A stretch of 64,000 nucleotides of DNA. Source: Paraspadella gotoi (taxonomy: Eukaryota; Animalia; Chaetognatha). How positions within the stretch are numbered: the stretch's first letter is position 1; the number at the start of each line of letters is the position of its first letter. Under the pieces are notes generated by a model that worked only from the letters and a program-made list of their open reading frames with translations, did not search any database and was not told the origin of the DNA. A program made the position numbers and the translations under genes. Of the stretch, positions 51,475-64,000 are shown in pieces. Where the stretch lies: NCBI GenBank assembly GCA_051294375.1, contig CM119267.1, positions 2,660,887 to 2,724,886 on the forward strand, read 5' to 3'.

Positions 51475-53873
51475 TAAATATCTACACTTTGAAGATATAT
51501 TTCGTAGTTAGTTGTTTGTCTCAGTCATCGTTCAGTCGTCATTCGTCTTTTTCGTCTCGTCTGTTCGTCTCTACGTCATCTTCGTCGTCGTCGTCCTCGT
51601 CGTGTTTCTATCCTCATATTCATTGTCTTCGTCTCTACTCTTTCCAATCATGCTCACGTCCTTCTTCTTCTCGCTTTGCTCAGTCGTCGTCATCGAATTC
51701 GTTCGTCATCTCCCATACTTCCTCGATTCCGTCAGATCGCGCTGCGTACTTATCTGTTCATCGTCATCGTCTATATTTTCAAATCGTCGTTGTGTTCTTC
51801 AGTTCATTCTTCTTACGTCCTGTTTTTTATAACGTCTCAATGGAGCTTTTTTCTTGAGATCAATTCAATCCTTATTTTCACTTGTTGCGTCCGTCGTTGT
51901 TCAGACATCTTCTTCTTCGTCCCATCGTCCGGTCGTCGAATTCGCATCTCGTCCATCTATCGTACTCGTCAATCTTCGTCTGTGTCGTGCGTTCTTGTCG
52001 TCGTCTTCTTTCAGTGTGCGTCGTCGTCTTCGCGTCTTGGCTTCGTTCTTCCCACCACACTCTCAGATCCGTCGTACAGTATGGAGAAAACGAAAGCGAC
52101 CACCTGGAATAAAAAAAAAACCGTCAAACAAAACGTCAAATCGATTGCTTATCGGACGGCGCGGCGCGGTGGCGGCGGCGGGGCTGCAGTGGAGGAGACG
52201 CCGGGTTAGGGCCGAGCCTCGAAATGCTAGGCGCGGATTACGCATGTAGATGAAACTGGGTTAATTAGAGCTCTAATAGTTATAAATGTTCGAAGAACCA
52301 ACAGATTAAACTATATAAGATATTTACATAACTTATGATTGAAACCATAACTTATGAATAATGCTTACTTCAAATGAACAGGGATCAAAGTGTGTATTTC
52401 TATCTCAGTTTCATGTGCCCTTTTAAATTTCCTGTTTTATTTTTTTTGTCCTTTCTCTGCAGCTAAATAGACACCTACCCTTTCTTTCCTGTCCTTCGGG
52501 ATGGCGCGAGATCCGCAAGTAAAGAATGGACCAATCAGAGCGGTGAAGAGTCATCAGGAAGCGTCAGCTGTCTGGCAGTGTCTGCTGTGAACAAAACTCA
52601 ACCAACGTCGTAAACAGAAAGAACATCGCCGGGATTTTGTTTTTTCTTTTTTTCTTTTAAGGAGGGTTAGGATCTGTTGCTTGATTTTCTTCTTAAATCG
52701 ACAAAACCGATCAATTATGATGGTATTAATAGAATAGTGTATGTATACGGTCATTAAATTCGATTTCGCTTTTTAATATTAGGTTCGAAAAATACATTTC
52801 TTCTATTTTATATGTATCTATTTTGTATACTCTATTTAATCAGAAATCGTCTGCTCATACTTCCGTTCATTTTTAGTCGTATTCCTAATCCAGCCAGATT
52901 TCTGTCTAATCCACTTTGGAAGAATGAAAGTAAGATGGGAAGAAACAATACAGTACAAATGAAATTATCTCAACAGGTCAACAACATTAAATAATGAAAT
53001 AAAAAGAGTAAATTAATAAGATATAAATATTAAAAAATGAAAATAAGTAAATTTTTATTGATAATATAAGAACGCACTCAGATTCCAATTTAAAAAGGAA
53101 AAAATTCCTCTGACGAGTCGAGATTGCTTCGGTCATCAGATTTAACCTCAGCTCACAAGTATCCTATTCACCGAACTGCAGTGTAGTGAAGCTTCAGTCG
53201 TTCGTCGCCGTCGTCGTCGTCGTCGTCGTCGTCGTCTCGTCGTCGTTCGTTCGGTCGCGTCGTGTTTCCGCTATTAATGTGATAAAACGATTCATTCGAA
53301 TATCAAGCCACAAGAACCGAAACTCCTTATCTAATATATGCTCTCTCTCAACGTCGAGATTATTAATATCAACTTTACATTTTTTAGCCTCGTTGTATCT
53401 TCTTTAAGTGTATATTCGTCCCGTTTGAATTTGTAATACGTTGTTGAACGTAGAGCCCCTTTTTGGCCTTTGTTATTAACTGTTTATAGTAGTAATATTA
53501 AATTTAATTCAATTAATCAACAACTTAATTTTTTTGGTTTCCAAAATCGCTCAACTCGCAAGTTTTTTAAATTTGCGTCGAGATTAAATTCGATTCTTGA
53601 ACTTTGCTCCGTTGATACGTGGTTTTAGTTCCGTCGCGATACTCGCGAAAACAAACTCTCAAACTCGTCTTCTCATCGCTTGGTTCGTTGCGCGTTCTGT
53701 TCCGTCCGCTTGATCTATACCTCAGTTACAGTTTTAAGATTGTTAAATACGGAAATAAATTCGAGTGGTCATCATTTATGTCTTAGCTCAACGTTGCGTA
53801 ACACATTGAGAGGTTGCTGGTTCCCTCCTCTCTTCTCTCTCTCATCCCTTTTCTTCTTTTCTTTCTCTCTCTC

Positions 53874-53910
<37 letters not shown>

Positions 53911-55680
53911 AACGGATTCTCCCCATTTTTTCTCCTCTTTCCTCCCTCGATCACCTTTCAAAACTCTCATTCCTTCTCTCTTGCGGACCCTCGATTATTG
54001 GCAGCCGATGCCTCCGGGGCAGCGGGCCGCGGACGCCGCACCCGTGCAATCCCTTACACTGCCCCCACGCGTGAACAACTTCGCTCACCGGCGCCTATTT
54101 GATCGACGGACCCCAATATCGGTACAAAATCTACTTCTCGAGCGCGGCATGTTCTGTCAGAAGAAGAAAAAGCGAAAGTGAGGAGAGTTGGAACGACGGG
54201 TCAGATCTTATGGAAGATTGAATAATATAGATGCGACTACAAAAAATTCCTTGCAGAATAGCCTATCGTCGAAACTACTCAGGAATTCTTCTCAGCGTGA
54301 TAGGAAGTAAAGAAAAAATTGTAGCCTGTAATATGTTCGAATATATAAACGTTAGATAGCTCATTTCTCTGAATCGTACTTCACTGTCCAGAACTCAGAT
54401 AGTAGCATGACGCACGCATAATCAGTTTTGAGAACCTCTTAAAGGTTCGCAACGACCTGCGCTTCCGCGACACGGAACCGGAATAGACGACATCGATAAT
54501 GTTATAGCCGAACAAAATTCTGATGTTTCTCATAGAAAAGCTGTTACGTGTGAGTTAATATTAATGCTTATCACAAAGATTTCCGGGACTGACAATTGCA
54601 TGGCCAAATACATTGTGGAACGAGTTCCAAGAATAGTTGATCAAATTGTCGAACGAAGGCGTCGATTGGACATGGCTGGAGTAAAGAAGATAATTCCAGC
54701 GGACATGTGGCAAGTTCCACAAGACTCAGAATGTGGGATTGTGAGGGCATCTGAAGAAAAAGATTGTTGATAAGAAAGTCCTCTGTTGCAAACGGACAAG
54801 AATCGATCCAAGGCTTGGTAGGTGGAGAAGATGTTAGCGAGTGAACGACTAAGATGCGCGCTTTTGCCTCTCACTTCTCCATGGAATTTAGAAATCAGGC
54901 CTTCTACACAGCCATAATACGCACTGCACCTCCAGAGAGATAGACTGCACCGGCCAATATTTAGGTGATAATATATTACTATTTAATAAATTAATTTTTC
55001 TGCTCTTTTGTCTATTATTAGTTTTTTTCCACTCGCTCATGCTTTTATTAATTTACTCATTCTCTCTCTTTTCATTTTCCTCTCGACTGTTTCTTCTTAT
55101 TTCATATACTTTATTGTTCTATATCTATTTTTTTGTTTAAACTTCTTGTATCATACCGACTCGTTACCGTGTGTTCATCTTCCTCTCTGTATCTTATAAA
55201 ATTTTTTCACTAATCTCTCTCCTATAAATATGAAAAAATGTTCGTTCTCTTACCTAGCCTCGTCTCTGTGAACTTCTTAGCATTACTAGAGTAGATCCAC
55301 TGATCGTCCATACGAATCACCTCTAATCTCTCCTCTTACTTCTCTTCTACTCTCATTTATACCGCTCCGACCAATCTCTTGTCACTCTCCTTTATTTCCT
55401 CTCTGATTCGCCCTCCGGTATTATATCCAGCTAATGTCGGACTTTATCGACTGCACGAAAAGATAGTTTCTTATCCGCCCCTGAGCGGAGTTCGTGTCGC
55501 CGCCGAAGTGATAGCGGGTAATAATCTAATTATCTGCTCGGGGTGCTTTTGCGGGTCAACTCTTGAATTTTTGGAGCTAATTATATTTTATTTCTTCGCC
55601 GAGGATAAACTCGTCGTTAAGTCGACCGAAACGGTGTTCTATTCCTTTTCCATCTATTTCTTTCGGGTTACGAGGTCAAC
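51475..55680 (+). repeat. Tandem duplication, copy B (no hAT insertion; indel-rich)
   Basis: Colinear with copy A, with increasing single-base indels. Confidence 0.88.
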
Positions 55681-56150
55681 TCTAATTTACTCGAAGCAAG
55701 CTATTGGCGATTCGATCGAAAACTTCTACTCTCTCGCCGTAACCGTCGTTAGAAAAAAAAAAGAGTTACAATGGTACACGTCTCCCATCTTAATTTTGTC
55801 TCTGACGAGACATATTTTTTCTAGATTAAATATGGATTATTTCTGAGCCGTCGGGATTAAAGTAGAACACACAAGTATACTACTTTCACTTACATTGGTA
55901 AGGGAATCACAGTCTCGGAGGCAGTAACAACGACATCTCTTTAAGAAGTTTATTCGTAATTGAAACACTAGATTATTGTAGTCGTTCAACCTGTCAATAA
56001 GCAATGAGGCACGTTATCCTCCTCTCCGGATTAGACGCCCGTGAACTCAACGAAGAGCTTCTATTGGCCATGTCTCTGCTCAATCTCAGTTACCCCTCCG
56101 TCCGCTCTGTAGACGTCGACATCCAGGCGCCGTTCTAGGGGCGTACCGGA
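54120..56150 (+). pseudogene. Second, very noisy copy of the Myb-like/kelch gene (pseudogene or uncorrected read)
   Basis: Nucleotide landmarks of 50150-51470 recur in order (e.g. ATAGACGACATCGA, CAAGGCTTGG, GAAGATGTTAGCGA, GTCGCCGCCG) but no frame is open. The end point is approximate. Confidence 0.55.
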
Positions 56151-57849
56151 GATGCGATCCTCTGCTCGGGAACCAAACTAAAAGGGTTTAATAACGTTCA
56201 ATACTACTACTAATGTCCTACTCTCCCCGACCTTTAATCGCACAGATACACCGTGTTACTCCTAAACAGATATCTTATTTAACAACAGCAACGTGTATTA
56301 AAAACAATTACCATCACTTCAATCGCAAACAAGCGGCTCGACGGATTGATGAGATGGCAACGTTTTGCCAGCTCATTTTCCGAACGAGTACACGGTCATC
56401 CGAAGACGAGCAGAGCTTCAACAGACCAGAAACGCTGTTTTCCCTCGGCCCGCCGGATTCGTGAAGAGCCCGGTAACCGACGGCGCCGGAAAGCTCCGGC
56501 GCTAGCACGCCCGTTGCCCCGTCGCTAAATTCGGGTCTTTCGCCGCTCGGGCAGGGAGCAGTGATCCTGGCTGTCGGCCTGCCGGACGGCTGCATCCTAG
56601 ATCACAGTGCGAGGGACACAAGGGCGATTTCTTACCCGAGGACATGAGATTGCACAGCAGAAATGAACGGATTACCAAAAAAAATATTTCTATTAATTAA
56701 TAATTATTATGATGCCTAAAGAAATATGGCTCACTTCTGTAAGGCAGCTGGTGTTTTACTTTTGTAAAAGAAAAATGTTATTTTGCTCATGTTAGATGCT
56801 TTGATGGATGGAATTCTAAGTCGCGGTTTCGGTTGAAATGTGTCAGCCTGCACTAGAAATATACTTACAATAAATTTAATATGATTCCCACTTAGAATCC
56901 TCGCTTCCAGACTATACATTCTTAAGCAATGGTTCCGACATAATTCCTATGTCATGGTCGCCCGGGTTAGTATTAAGTAGAAAGTTATTAAATGAGTTAT
57001 TAAAAATAATTAATCAATGCACACAAAATTAAATTGTTTGCACAAACTTATTTTTTTAGGTCTTTTTTTAGGTTCGTATGACCATGAACAAAAACAACAA
57101 TTACGTTGGTCCTGGGCACAACGACGAAGATAACCCCTGACGTATTGATTTGATTTAAATATCTCATTAATTAATTAATTAACTAATTGGTTCCAGCTGA
57201 TTAGGATCTGGAGTTTGTTTGCTATCCCAGACTCGGACAAATTCCGATGAAATTTAGATCGGCTTAATAATACAGTAGCGACTCGTTAATTAAAAAACTG
57301 TAAAATATACCGTCGGATGTTGGGCATTCAAAGAATTTTAGGTCTCCCGGACAAAAAATCAATAGATCTAAAAATTTGGGCGGGGCGATAGGTGTGAAAT
57401 AATCGTTTTAGCTTCCTCCACTTTCACCAAAGAAATATTTTTCAAAGAATGACTCCCGATCGCAAATCTCCTCTTGCAACCATCGCCCTTAACACTGTCT
57501 GATTTCGCATCACTGAAAGAAAAAGTAATTCACCGAGACAGCGATCAAATGGTTTCTGCTATTCCTATAAAGAAAATGGAGGGCGAATGACCTGTCTTAA
57601 AGTGTTAAAGAGTTTCTTTAATTCGGTGGACAGTATTAACGTAATTAATTACGACTGAAAAATTAAATTGGATAAATTGAGCCAAATTAGTCGAGTAAAT
57701 TTTTTTTTTTCAGAGGAGGTTCGCTCGGCTTCACGCCCTCTTCATCTCCGCCCACCAAATGTCGTCAACGGGACAATGATGAGTGCAGAAATGGCCGAGA
57801 GCTATTCAATAAGTTGTAAAAAATAACAAGAAATAGGGCGAGTTGTTGT

Positions 57850-57965
57850 TGACAGGACTGACCGACCGACCGACATACCTCCGCACCAACCGACAGACCG
57901 ACCCGAAAACCGGAATCCCTATATAGTGATCTCCGCGAGTACACTTCCACGGCATACTTAAAAAT
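57850..57965 (-). mobile_element. HINE-like 5' end fragment
   Basis: (GACC)n tract plus CTCCGCGAGTAC, the reverse complement of the hairpin at 61974. Confidence 0.45.
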
Positions 57966-60900
57966 ACGAAGATGTTATATTATAATTAGCGACGTCATTT
58001 CAAAACTAACGACGGACTCTTGAAATGAGACGACGATCCTTAAAATTTCCCGCACATCCAAAGATTATCTCCGACGAGATCCTACTCCTTCTCCCCATGA
58101 GTACGCCTGCCAGCAGCTCAGAGTAAAGTCCGACCACGTATGCTCGGCCGTCCTAGGAAGGACTACTGTCCTTCGCCCGTTACCGACGTCGGCGCCCCCA
58201 CCACTACTCCACGCAGGCGGGGGCTCGACGACCTGCCGAGCGCGAACACGGAAACCCGGGCTGACGGCTGCCTATTGCGCCCTGGAATCCGGCTCTTGTC
58301 CACACGGTCAAACCAGCGCCACGACGTCTGGTCCCGTCTGCATCGACAGGACCCGAGCGAAACGTCTCGTCCAATTTGTTACAGTTGTTACTGTCGTGAC
58401 GACAGTCAGGTAGTTCTCGTTCCAGTCCGCTCTCTCCATGATTATATGTTAATTATAGGTATACTATCCAGAGTTTATTTTAATCTACCTTTATGCATTG
58501 TAGGCATCTTCAGCGGCCGCGAGCCTGGTAATTGTGGATCATGTTACAAATCCCGCATAGGAACATTCAATAAAATCTTCATCTCTGCCACTCATTTGTG
58601 TTTTGATTACCCTAGTATTGATAAATTAATTCAATTGGACTAATAGGGAAAACATTGCCACTTTTTTAATCCGAGATCAAATATGAGGTTACTGATGCTC
58701 GTTACATTTAACAACCCTCTAGTTGTGAAAAATTAGTAATTTAGAAATGTTACTTTTCAAAATACCTTAATGTATAGCATTAGCTCGCCGTTAATTTTTT
58801 TTTTCGCACACCAGCTGTCCCACTATCCAGCTCTTTCCCCACGCCATCCACTCACAGAGTTTACGCCGTCCTGTACAGCCGTCCCCAGGGTCATCGGTTT
58901 CGAGTCAAAAAAGTTCCGGAAATCTCCTATTGACACCGCCGGTCTGAACTTAACTTGGCTTGCTCTTTGCCAGGCCCGCAATCCCCTTCCCTCCCTACAT
59001 TCTGTCTTATATTCCCCCTCGTGTGGCTGAAGACGTTCTTCTGAACTTCCTCTCTATTCACTCACTCCCTCTTTCTCCCTCCTCTCCTCCTCACGGGCGC
59101 GGGCGTATTTGTCGTACCCGTCGCGCACGTTCCCAATTCGAGTTATCGGCCGACGTGCCGATGGAATTTGCTTCACTTCTGTGCGCCGGCGGTGGACGGA
59201 AGAGCGAAGAGCAGGAGAAACACGAACGACGACCGTCGGGTTCCCGGCCCGACCGCTCGCGAATATCGTTGAGTCGACCGCCGCCGGCTGATTCGGCGTA
59301 TAAGGCTTTTTAGCGTTACCTGGCGATGGGATTGGGTAGGGTTAGGGCAAACGTGGAGTGCGAGGGTTTAATGGGTGGAAATTGAAGGAGGGCAAGTGAG
59401 GCTTGTAGGAATAAATGTCGCGAGTGACCATGCAAGGTATAGTGAGGCCCCTACGTAAGGAAAGTAGACACAGCGCTTTGAGAGATATTCAAGGTCTTAA
59501 TAAGGAAAGTGATACTGTTTGCAGGGTTATTCGCATCTTTAGAACTAAAAGATAGTGGTATTAATGGAAAAAGTCTGAGGCTTCCGTGAAAGGTCGAGTA
59601 AAGATGAAATCTTGTGAAGAACAAAGTGAGAACAGTGACGGTTTTGGTGTTGGTCGTGAAACAAAACAAAAAGAATGTCAACCGGTGAAAACCGCGCGCG
59701 GGCATAATTGCATCACCCAAAAAGAGAAAGCAAGAACGAAACACGTTCGGGATCTACCATGGCGGCCTACATCCAACCCACATCACTCGCCCCTTTTCCC
59801 GGGGTCTACCTCAATTATTCACACAAGACGGCGTTTCTGCTATCCCGGATGCACTGAACTTCTAAATCTCGATCGTCCCGTGTGCCAGTCAAGAGAATGA
59901 CGACATAGTTTCCACATCCCTGGATTTTTAGCGATCTGGCCATTACAACCGCGCCCATCGGAAGATCGGTGACGAAAAATAAACCCAAGACAAGCATCAT
60001 TACTCCTTAACTGCAGGAATTTTAATATTTCCTCAAGCCAAGAGAATACCTTGTTACTTTTCCTCCCAGAAAAACTGTAATGAAAATCAGGCTAACAAAC
60101 CAAATATACAGAGATACTATGAAATTCATTAAACACCACCTATATCTTTCTCCCCTTTGGACTTCTCTGGGAAAACCCCAAAAGGCTACAAGAATCTCGG
60201 TTCAATTTTAATTCGGCGTCCTTCTCCTAATAAAAGGGTCACGTTTATTTTGCCGCGACATTCTCTTTTGGGATTGAATTTATCAAAACACTAGAATTAC
60301 TGAATTTTAGGTAAGTCCATTCGCCTATGATTAGTAATCACATTTTCCTATATTTCAAAAATTAGAAGAGCGCGGGTGGTCCTTCACAATCTGCAAGAGC
60401 TAGAATAATACCAATATGTCACACATAACGCCCCGCCCCCACCCCCTTCCCTCTCACATTGACCCCATCACCACCGTCACACCCTCCCTCCATTACCCCT
60501 GATTGATGATTCCGATGCGATCTGAGTCTCCTCCGCCCTAACATCTCTGTTCAACACAAAGGACAAATTCGTGGATTATCGATATCGATCATTCCCGCAG
60601 ACGAGAAGAGAAGAAGGAAGTGAGAAGACGAAGTTGGGTGGGGTGAGACGGACAATGCTTCGGAGTTAGAGGGTCTTGCTGGCCACTATTTCCCAGAGAG
60701 ACACGCGCTCCATCCTTTTATTCTTAAATTCGGAATAGGTTGATTTTTTTTTTTAATTAATAATTAGGTCAGACGGTTAGCGTAGGATTGGATTAGGACA
60801 AGTGAGGTAGAATGTACTGTTGATCCCCAAGCTGGTTATGGATTTGGGATTCTGGTTTAGGTACTAGATGGGCTATGATTACGAGGTTTTATGGTTTTAG

Positions 60901-61967
60901 AAATTAGGGCGGATAATTGTTCCAGATTGAACGGTTAGAGGTAAAGGGATGTAGGTCTAAAGATTGCGTTCATTGAAGTTTTAAACACATTTTAAGTTAA
61001 TATTAATATTAAAATTTAAATGGGACACGGTCTCATAAAAGAGAATCCATAGCTTACCTACTTTTCACGTGTCTGAGAAATAGCAATATTATGATAAAAT
61101 ATTAGTATCTTGTTTGGCAGGGATGCCTAGTCCAAAGTCAGGACAAGATAGCATATTTAAATTAGATGATATGAATTTAATCTTGAGTGTGCGAACCCAT
61201 TTCCTATTTATAAAGTATAAATATAATCAGTATATATATGTATATATTATAATTCCATCGTTCAGCAGCGACCTCACCCGCGCCTTACTCTCCTCTTGGT
61301 TTCGACTTGTCCGACGAACGCGTGACGTCTCGCCGTCCGACGAGCTCCGCGTGAGCGACGCACCGCGCAGGATATCCAGCGCCACGCCCACTCACGACTG
61401 TCTTCGCTGCGCCATCTCTGAGTCACGGAGACTGGGGAATGAGATCCATGTAACCAGCAGTAAAAGTCAGAGAAGGTTTAGCTCATCTTGCCAGCTCATG
61501 TTTGCTGAGAGTGTGAAATGCGGAACCGGGGCTGGAGGATGGTTGGAGAATGTGAACGAGTTGGAATCGGATCGTTTAATCGTGACCCCAGCTGAGTAAT
61601 ACTACGGTGATGCTTCGATAGCTCATTTTAATTTTGACGCAGAATTTTAAGAACTTCTGAAAATGTCTTGTTCGATCAGTTTTTTCCCTTGTCGGGTGCC
61701 GTCGGCTCCCACTCCCAAAAATTTCTCTGTCGTCATTTTTGTATTTTTTAAGAACACGGGGTTTGGAAATTTATATGTTGTAGTGTTGATGATTTTGATG
61801 TTCAAATGGCCTGACNNNNNNNNNNNNNNNNNNNNNNNNNGAAGTCGAGAACTGGCGACATTCACGTCAGGAGACAACCCATGCCTGCTTTTTTTCGCAC
61901 CATCCTACTCTTTTTTTGCTTACTTTAAATTACTTTCCTTATATTTAACTCTCTCTCATCTGCTTTG

Positions 61968-62332
61968 TTTTTTAGTTGCGCCACGAGTACTCGCGGAGCA
62001 ACTCTTATAAGTCACTTTTCGGTCGGTCGGTCGGTCGGTCTGTCGCTATATCTGTCCGTCGGTCTGTCCCACTTACGCTCATAACTCGCCTACAGTTGGC
62101 TGCTCATTTGTTAAGACAGGAAAAAACCTCAAATCTAAGGGACTGCTAGCGCCGTCTTCAGGAAATCGTAAAACTATAAAGAATAAAATACGATTTTTCC
62201 GATGCAGTGGATTTCATAAATATACGGGATGTGAAAGCTATTGTAGTCATGTAGTCACGTCATGTCATGTCATGTCATGTCACGAGAAATAGACGTGATA
62301 AGGCAGTCACTGCGGTGAGTTTTTTGTTGTTT
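61968..62332 (+). mobile_element. Helentron/DINE-1-like non-autonomous element (HINE)
   Basis: T-run start; 5' hairpin AGTTGCgCCaCGAGTACTCGcGGaGCAACT (61974-62003); (GGTC)n/(GTCY)n tract; 3' small hairpin TCACTGCGGTGA followed by a T-rich end; no TSD. Confidence 0.6.
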
Positions 62333-63010
62333 TATACTCTTCTCTTTGTTCTCCCTTTGTTTCTGATTTCCTACCTTCCTCCTCTTCTTTCTCTCCCTTT
62401 CAATTTCCCTCCTTTCTTCTCCTCCCTCTCTTCCTCCTCCTCCTCCTCCTCCTCTCTTTTCGNNNNNNNNNNNNNNNNNNNNNNNNNNNNNNNNNNNNNN
62501 NNNNNNNNNNNNNNNNNNNNNNNNNNNNNNNNNNNNNNNNNNNNNNNNNNNNNNNNNNNNNNNNNNNNNNNNNNNNNNNNNNNNNNNNNNNNNNNNNNNN
62601 NNNNNNNNNNNNNNNNNNNNNNNNNNNNNNNNNNNNNNNNNNNNNNNNNNNNNNNNNNNNNNNNNNNNNNNNNNNNNNNNNNNNNNNNNNNNNNNNNNNN
62701 NNNNNNNNNNNNNNNNNNNNNNNNNNNNNNNNNNNNNNNNNNNNNNNNNNNNNNNNNNNNNNNNNNNNNNNNNNNNNNNNNNNNNNNNNNNNNNNNNNNN
62801 NNNNNNNNGAGGAGGAGGAGGAGAATGTTCGAAGGAAGAGGAAGAATTGAATAAAGAGAGGTGATGCCAGGGTTAATTAGGCACTGAAAAGTGAGATCAT
62901 AANNNNNNNNNNNNNNNNNNNNNNNNNNNNNNNNNNNNNNNNNNNNNNNNNNNNNNNNNNNNNNNNNNNNNNNNNNNNNNNNNNNNNNNNNNNNNNNNNN
63001 NNNNNNNNNN

Positions 63011-63045
<35 letters not shown>

Positions 63046-63303
63046 AAAATGGAACCGAGAGGCGATTCCAAGTCCTTCGGGTGAAATATCTTCAATCCAC
63101 TTCAAAAATAAAAGTCGATCGTGGGATTCGATCGTGGGACCCGCGTGATGGAAAAAAGAAATAAACATTAAGTCCGTCAAGAGGATGAAACTAAAATAAA
63201 ACACGAAAACCTTAACCTCTTTATTATAGTATTAAAAAAAACCTATTATAAATTGCTTAAAATACAATTCTCAACTTAGACGATTATTTTATNNNNNNNN
63301 NNC

Positions 63304-63690
63304 GGAGGCAGTTGTGATTTCAAGCCTTTAGACGATTTTCACGTTTTGAACATGAAAAGTCACAGTTGGTCGTCGTTGAGGTTCGGTCTTCCCGCCGCCG
63401 TTCGCTTTCACAGCCTCTCTCCCATCTCCGCCTCTCAACTCCTTCTCGTCGGCGGCAGAACTCCTTCCGGTCCCTCGAAAGAAATCTTCGTTTTCGACGT
63501 CAAAGACTCGAGTTTCCAAAAAATTCAGAATCTTCCTTCCGAATTCTGCGGCGACGATAAAGGGTTGTCTCATCATCGAGCGATCGTCGTGACGAAAGAG
63601 AAACGCGCGACTCATCTCGTCTGCGTCGGGGGATGCGTCGATAGAAGTTTAAGTCAGCATCCGAACCACATCATCTTATTCGATCTTTAG
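63304..63690 (+). CDS. Kelch-repeat protein (KLHDC1/2-like), last blades and stop; 5' partial
   Basis: Open from the N gap: GGSCDFKPLDDFHVLNMKSHSWSSL...RFHSLSPISASQLLLVGG...LSHHRAIV...LVCVGGC...HPNHIILFDL*. Aligns by eye with recalled KLHDC2 NDLHYLNLDTWEW...WHSLTPVSSDHLFLFGG...VIVFGGC...HSNEILIFSV. Confidence 0.85.
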   Translation, partial: GGSCDFKPLDDFHVLNMKSHSWSSLRFGLPAAVRFHSLSPISASQLLLVGGRTPSGPSKEIFVFDVKDSSFQKIQNLPSEFCGDDKGLSHHRAIVVTKEKRATHLVCVGGCVDRSLSQHPNHIILFDL

Positions 63691-64000
63691 ACNNNNNNNN
63701 NNNNNNNNNNNNNNNNNNNNNNNNNNNNNNNNNNNNNNNNNNNNNNNNNNNNNNNNNNNNNNNNNNNNNNNNNNNNNNNNNNNNNNNNNNNNNNNNNNNN
63801 NNNNNNNNNNNNNNNNNNNNNNNNNNNNNNNNNNNNNNNNNNNNNNNNNNNNNNNNNNNNNNNNNNNNNNNNNNNNNNNNNNNNNNNNNNNNNNNNNNNN
63901 NNNNNNNNNNNCTCTTTTTATTTTGCAACCAATCATTCAAAAAAGAACCCCAAAAAAATGCATTTTTTTTTTGTTCTTTGCTTATTATTCAAATAATTGT

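Noticed and set aside
59280-59360. Peptide ADSAYKAF*RYLAMGLGR resembling a phage terminase small-subunit-like motif
   Set aside because: Very short, contains a stop, lies in noisy sequence and has no supporting context.
51172-63690. RAG2-like kelch protein / RAG transposon
   Set aside because: Blade motifs resemble KLHDC1/2. No PHD finger or RAG1-like ORF is seen, and the CACAGTG at 56603-56609 has no nonamer or partner TIR that I could find.

Overview
Repeat-rich, AT-rich eukaryotic genomic DNA, probably from an invertebrate animal (spliceosomal GT-AG introns, CCDC92-like and KLHDC-like genes, degenerate TTAGGG tracts). It comes from a draft assembly with many N gaps and stretches with long-read-like indel noise. 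Recognisable genes: the 3' three exons of a CCDC92-like gene (1-1725, +); a probable small minus-strand spliced gene (~4194-4410); and an unusual gene joining 2-3 putative Myb/SANT-like repeats, through an in-frame intron, to a KLHDC1/2-like kelch propeller (50150-51474). That gene has a noisy tandem copy (54120-56150), and a C-terminal kelch segment at 63304-63690 ends without a BC/Cul2 box. Large-scale structure: a ~30 kb imperfect palindrome (arms ~9650-19700 and ~27830-39548) with a nested ~2 kb fold-back, and a tandem duplication (~43360-51474 / ~51475-55680). Non-autonomous DNA transposons: a hAT with perfect 16-bp TIRs, an 8-bp TSD and an empty site in the duplicate; a TTAA-flanked Kolobok-like element; a long-inverted-repeat insertion with an empty site in the other palindrome arm; and Helentron/DINE-like elements. 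Three degenerate Penelope-type hammerhead ribozyme cores are present. Most ORFs in the supplied track are microsatellite or N-gap artefacts. No CRISPR, rRNA, tRNA or intact transposase was seen. Family assignments rest on recalled motifs, not on database searches.
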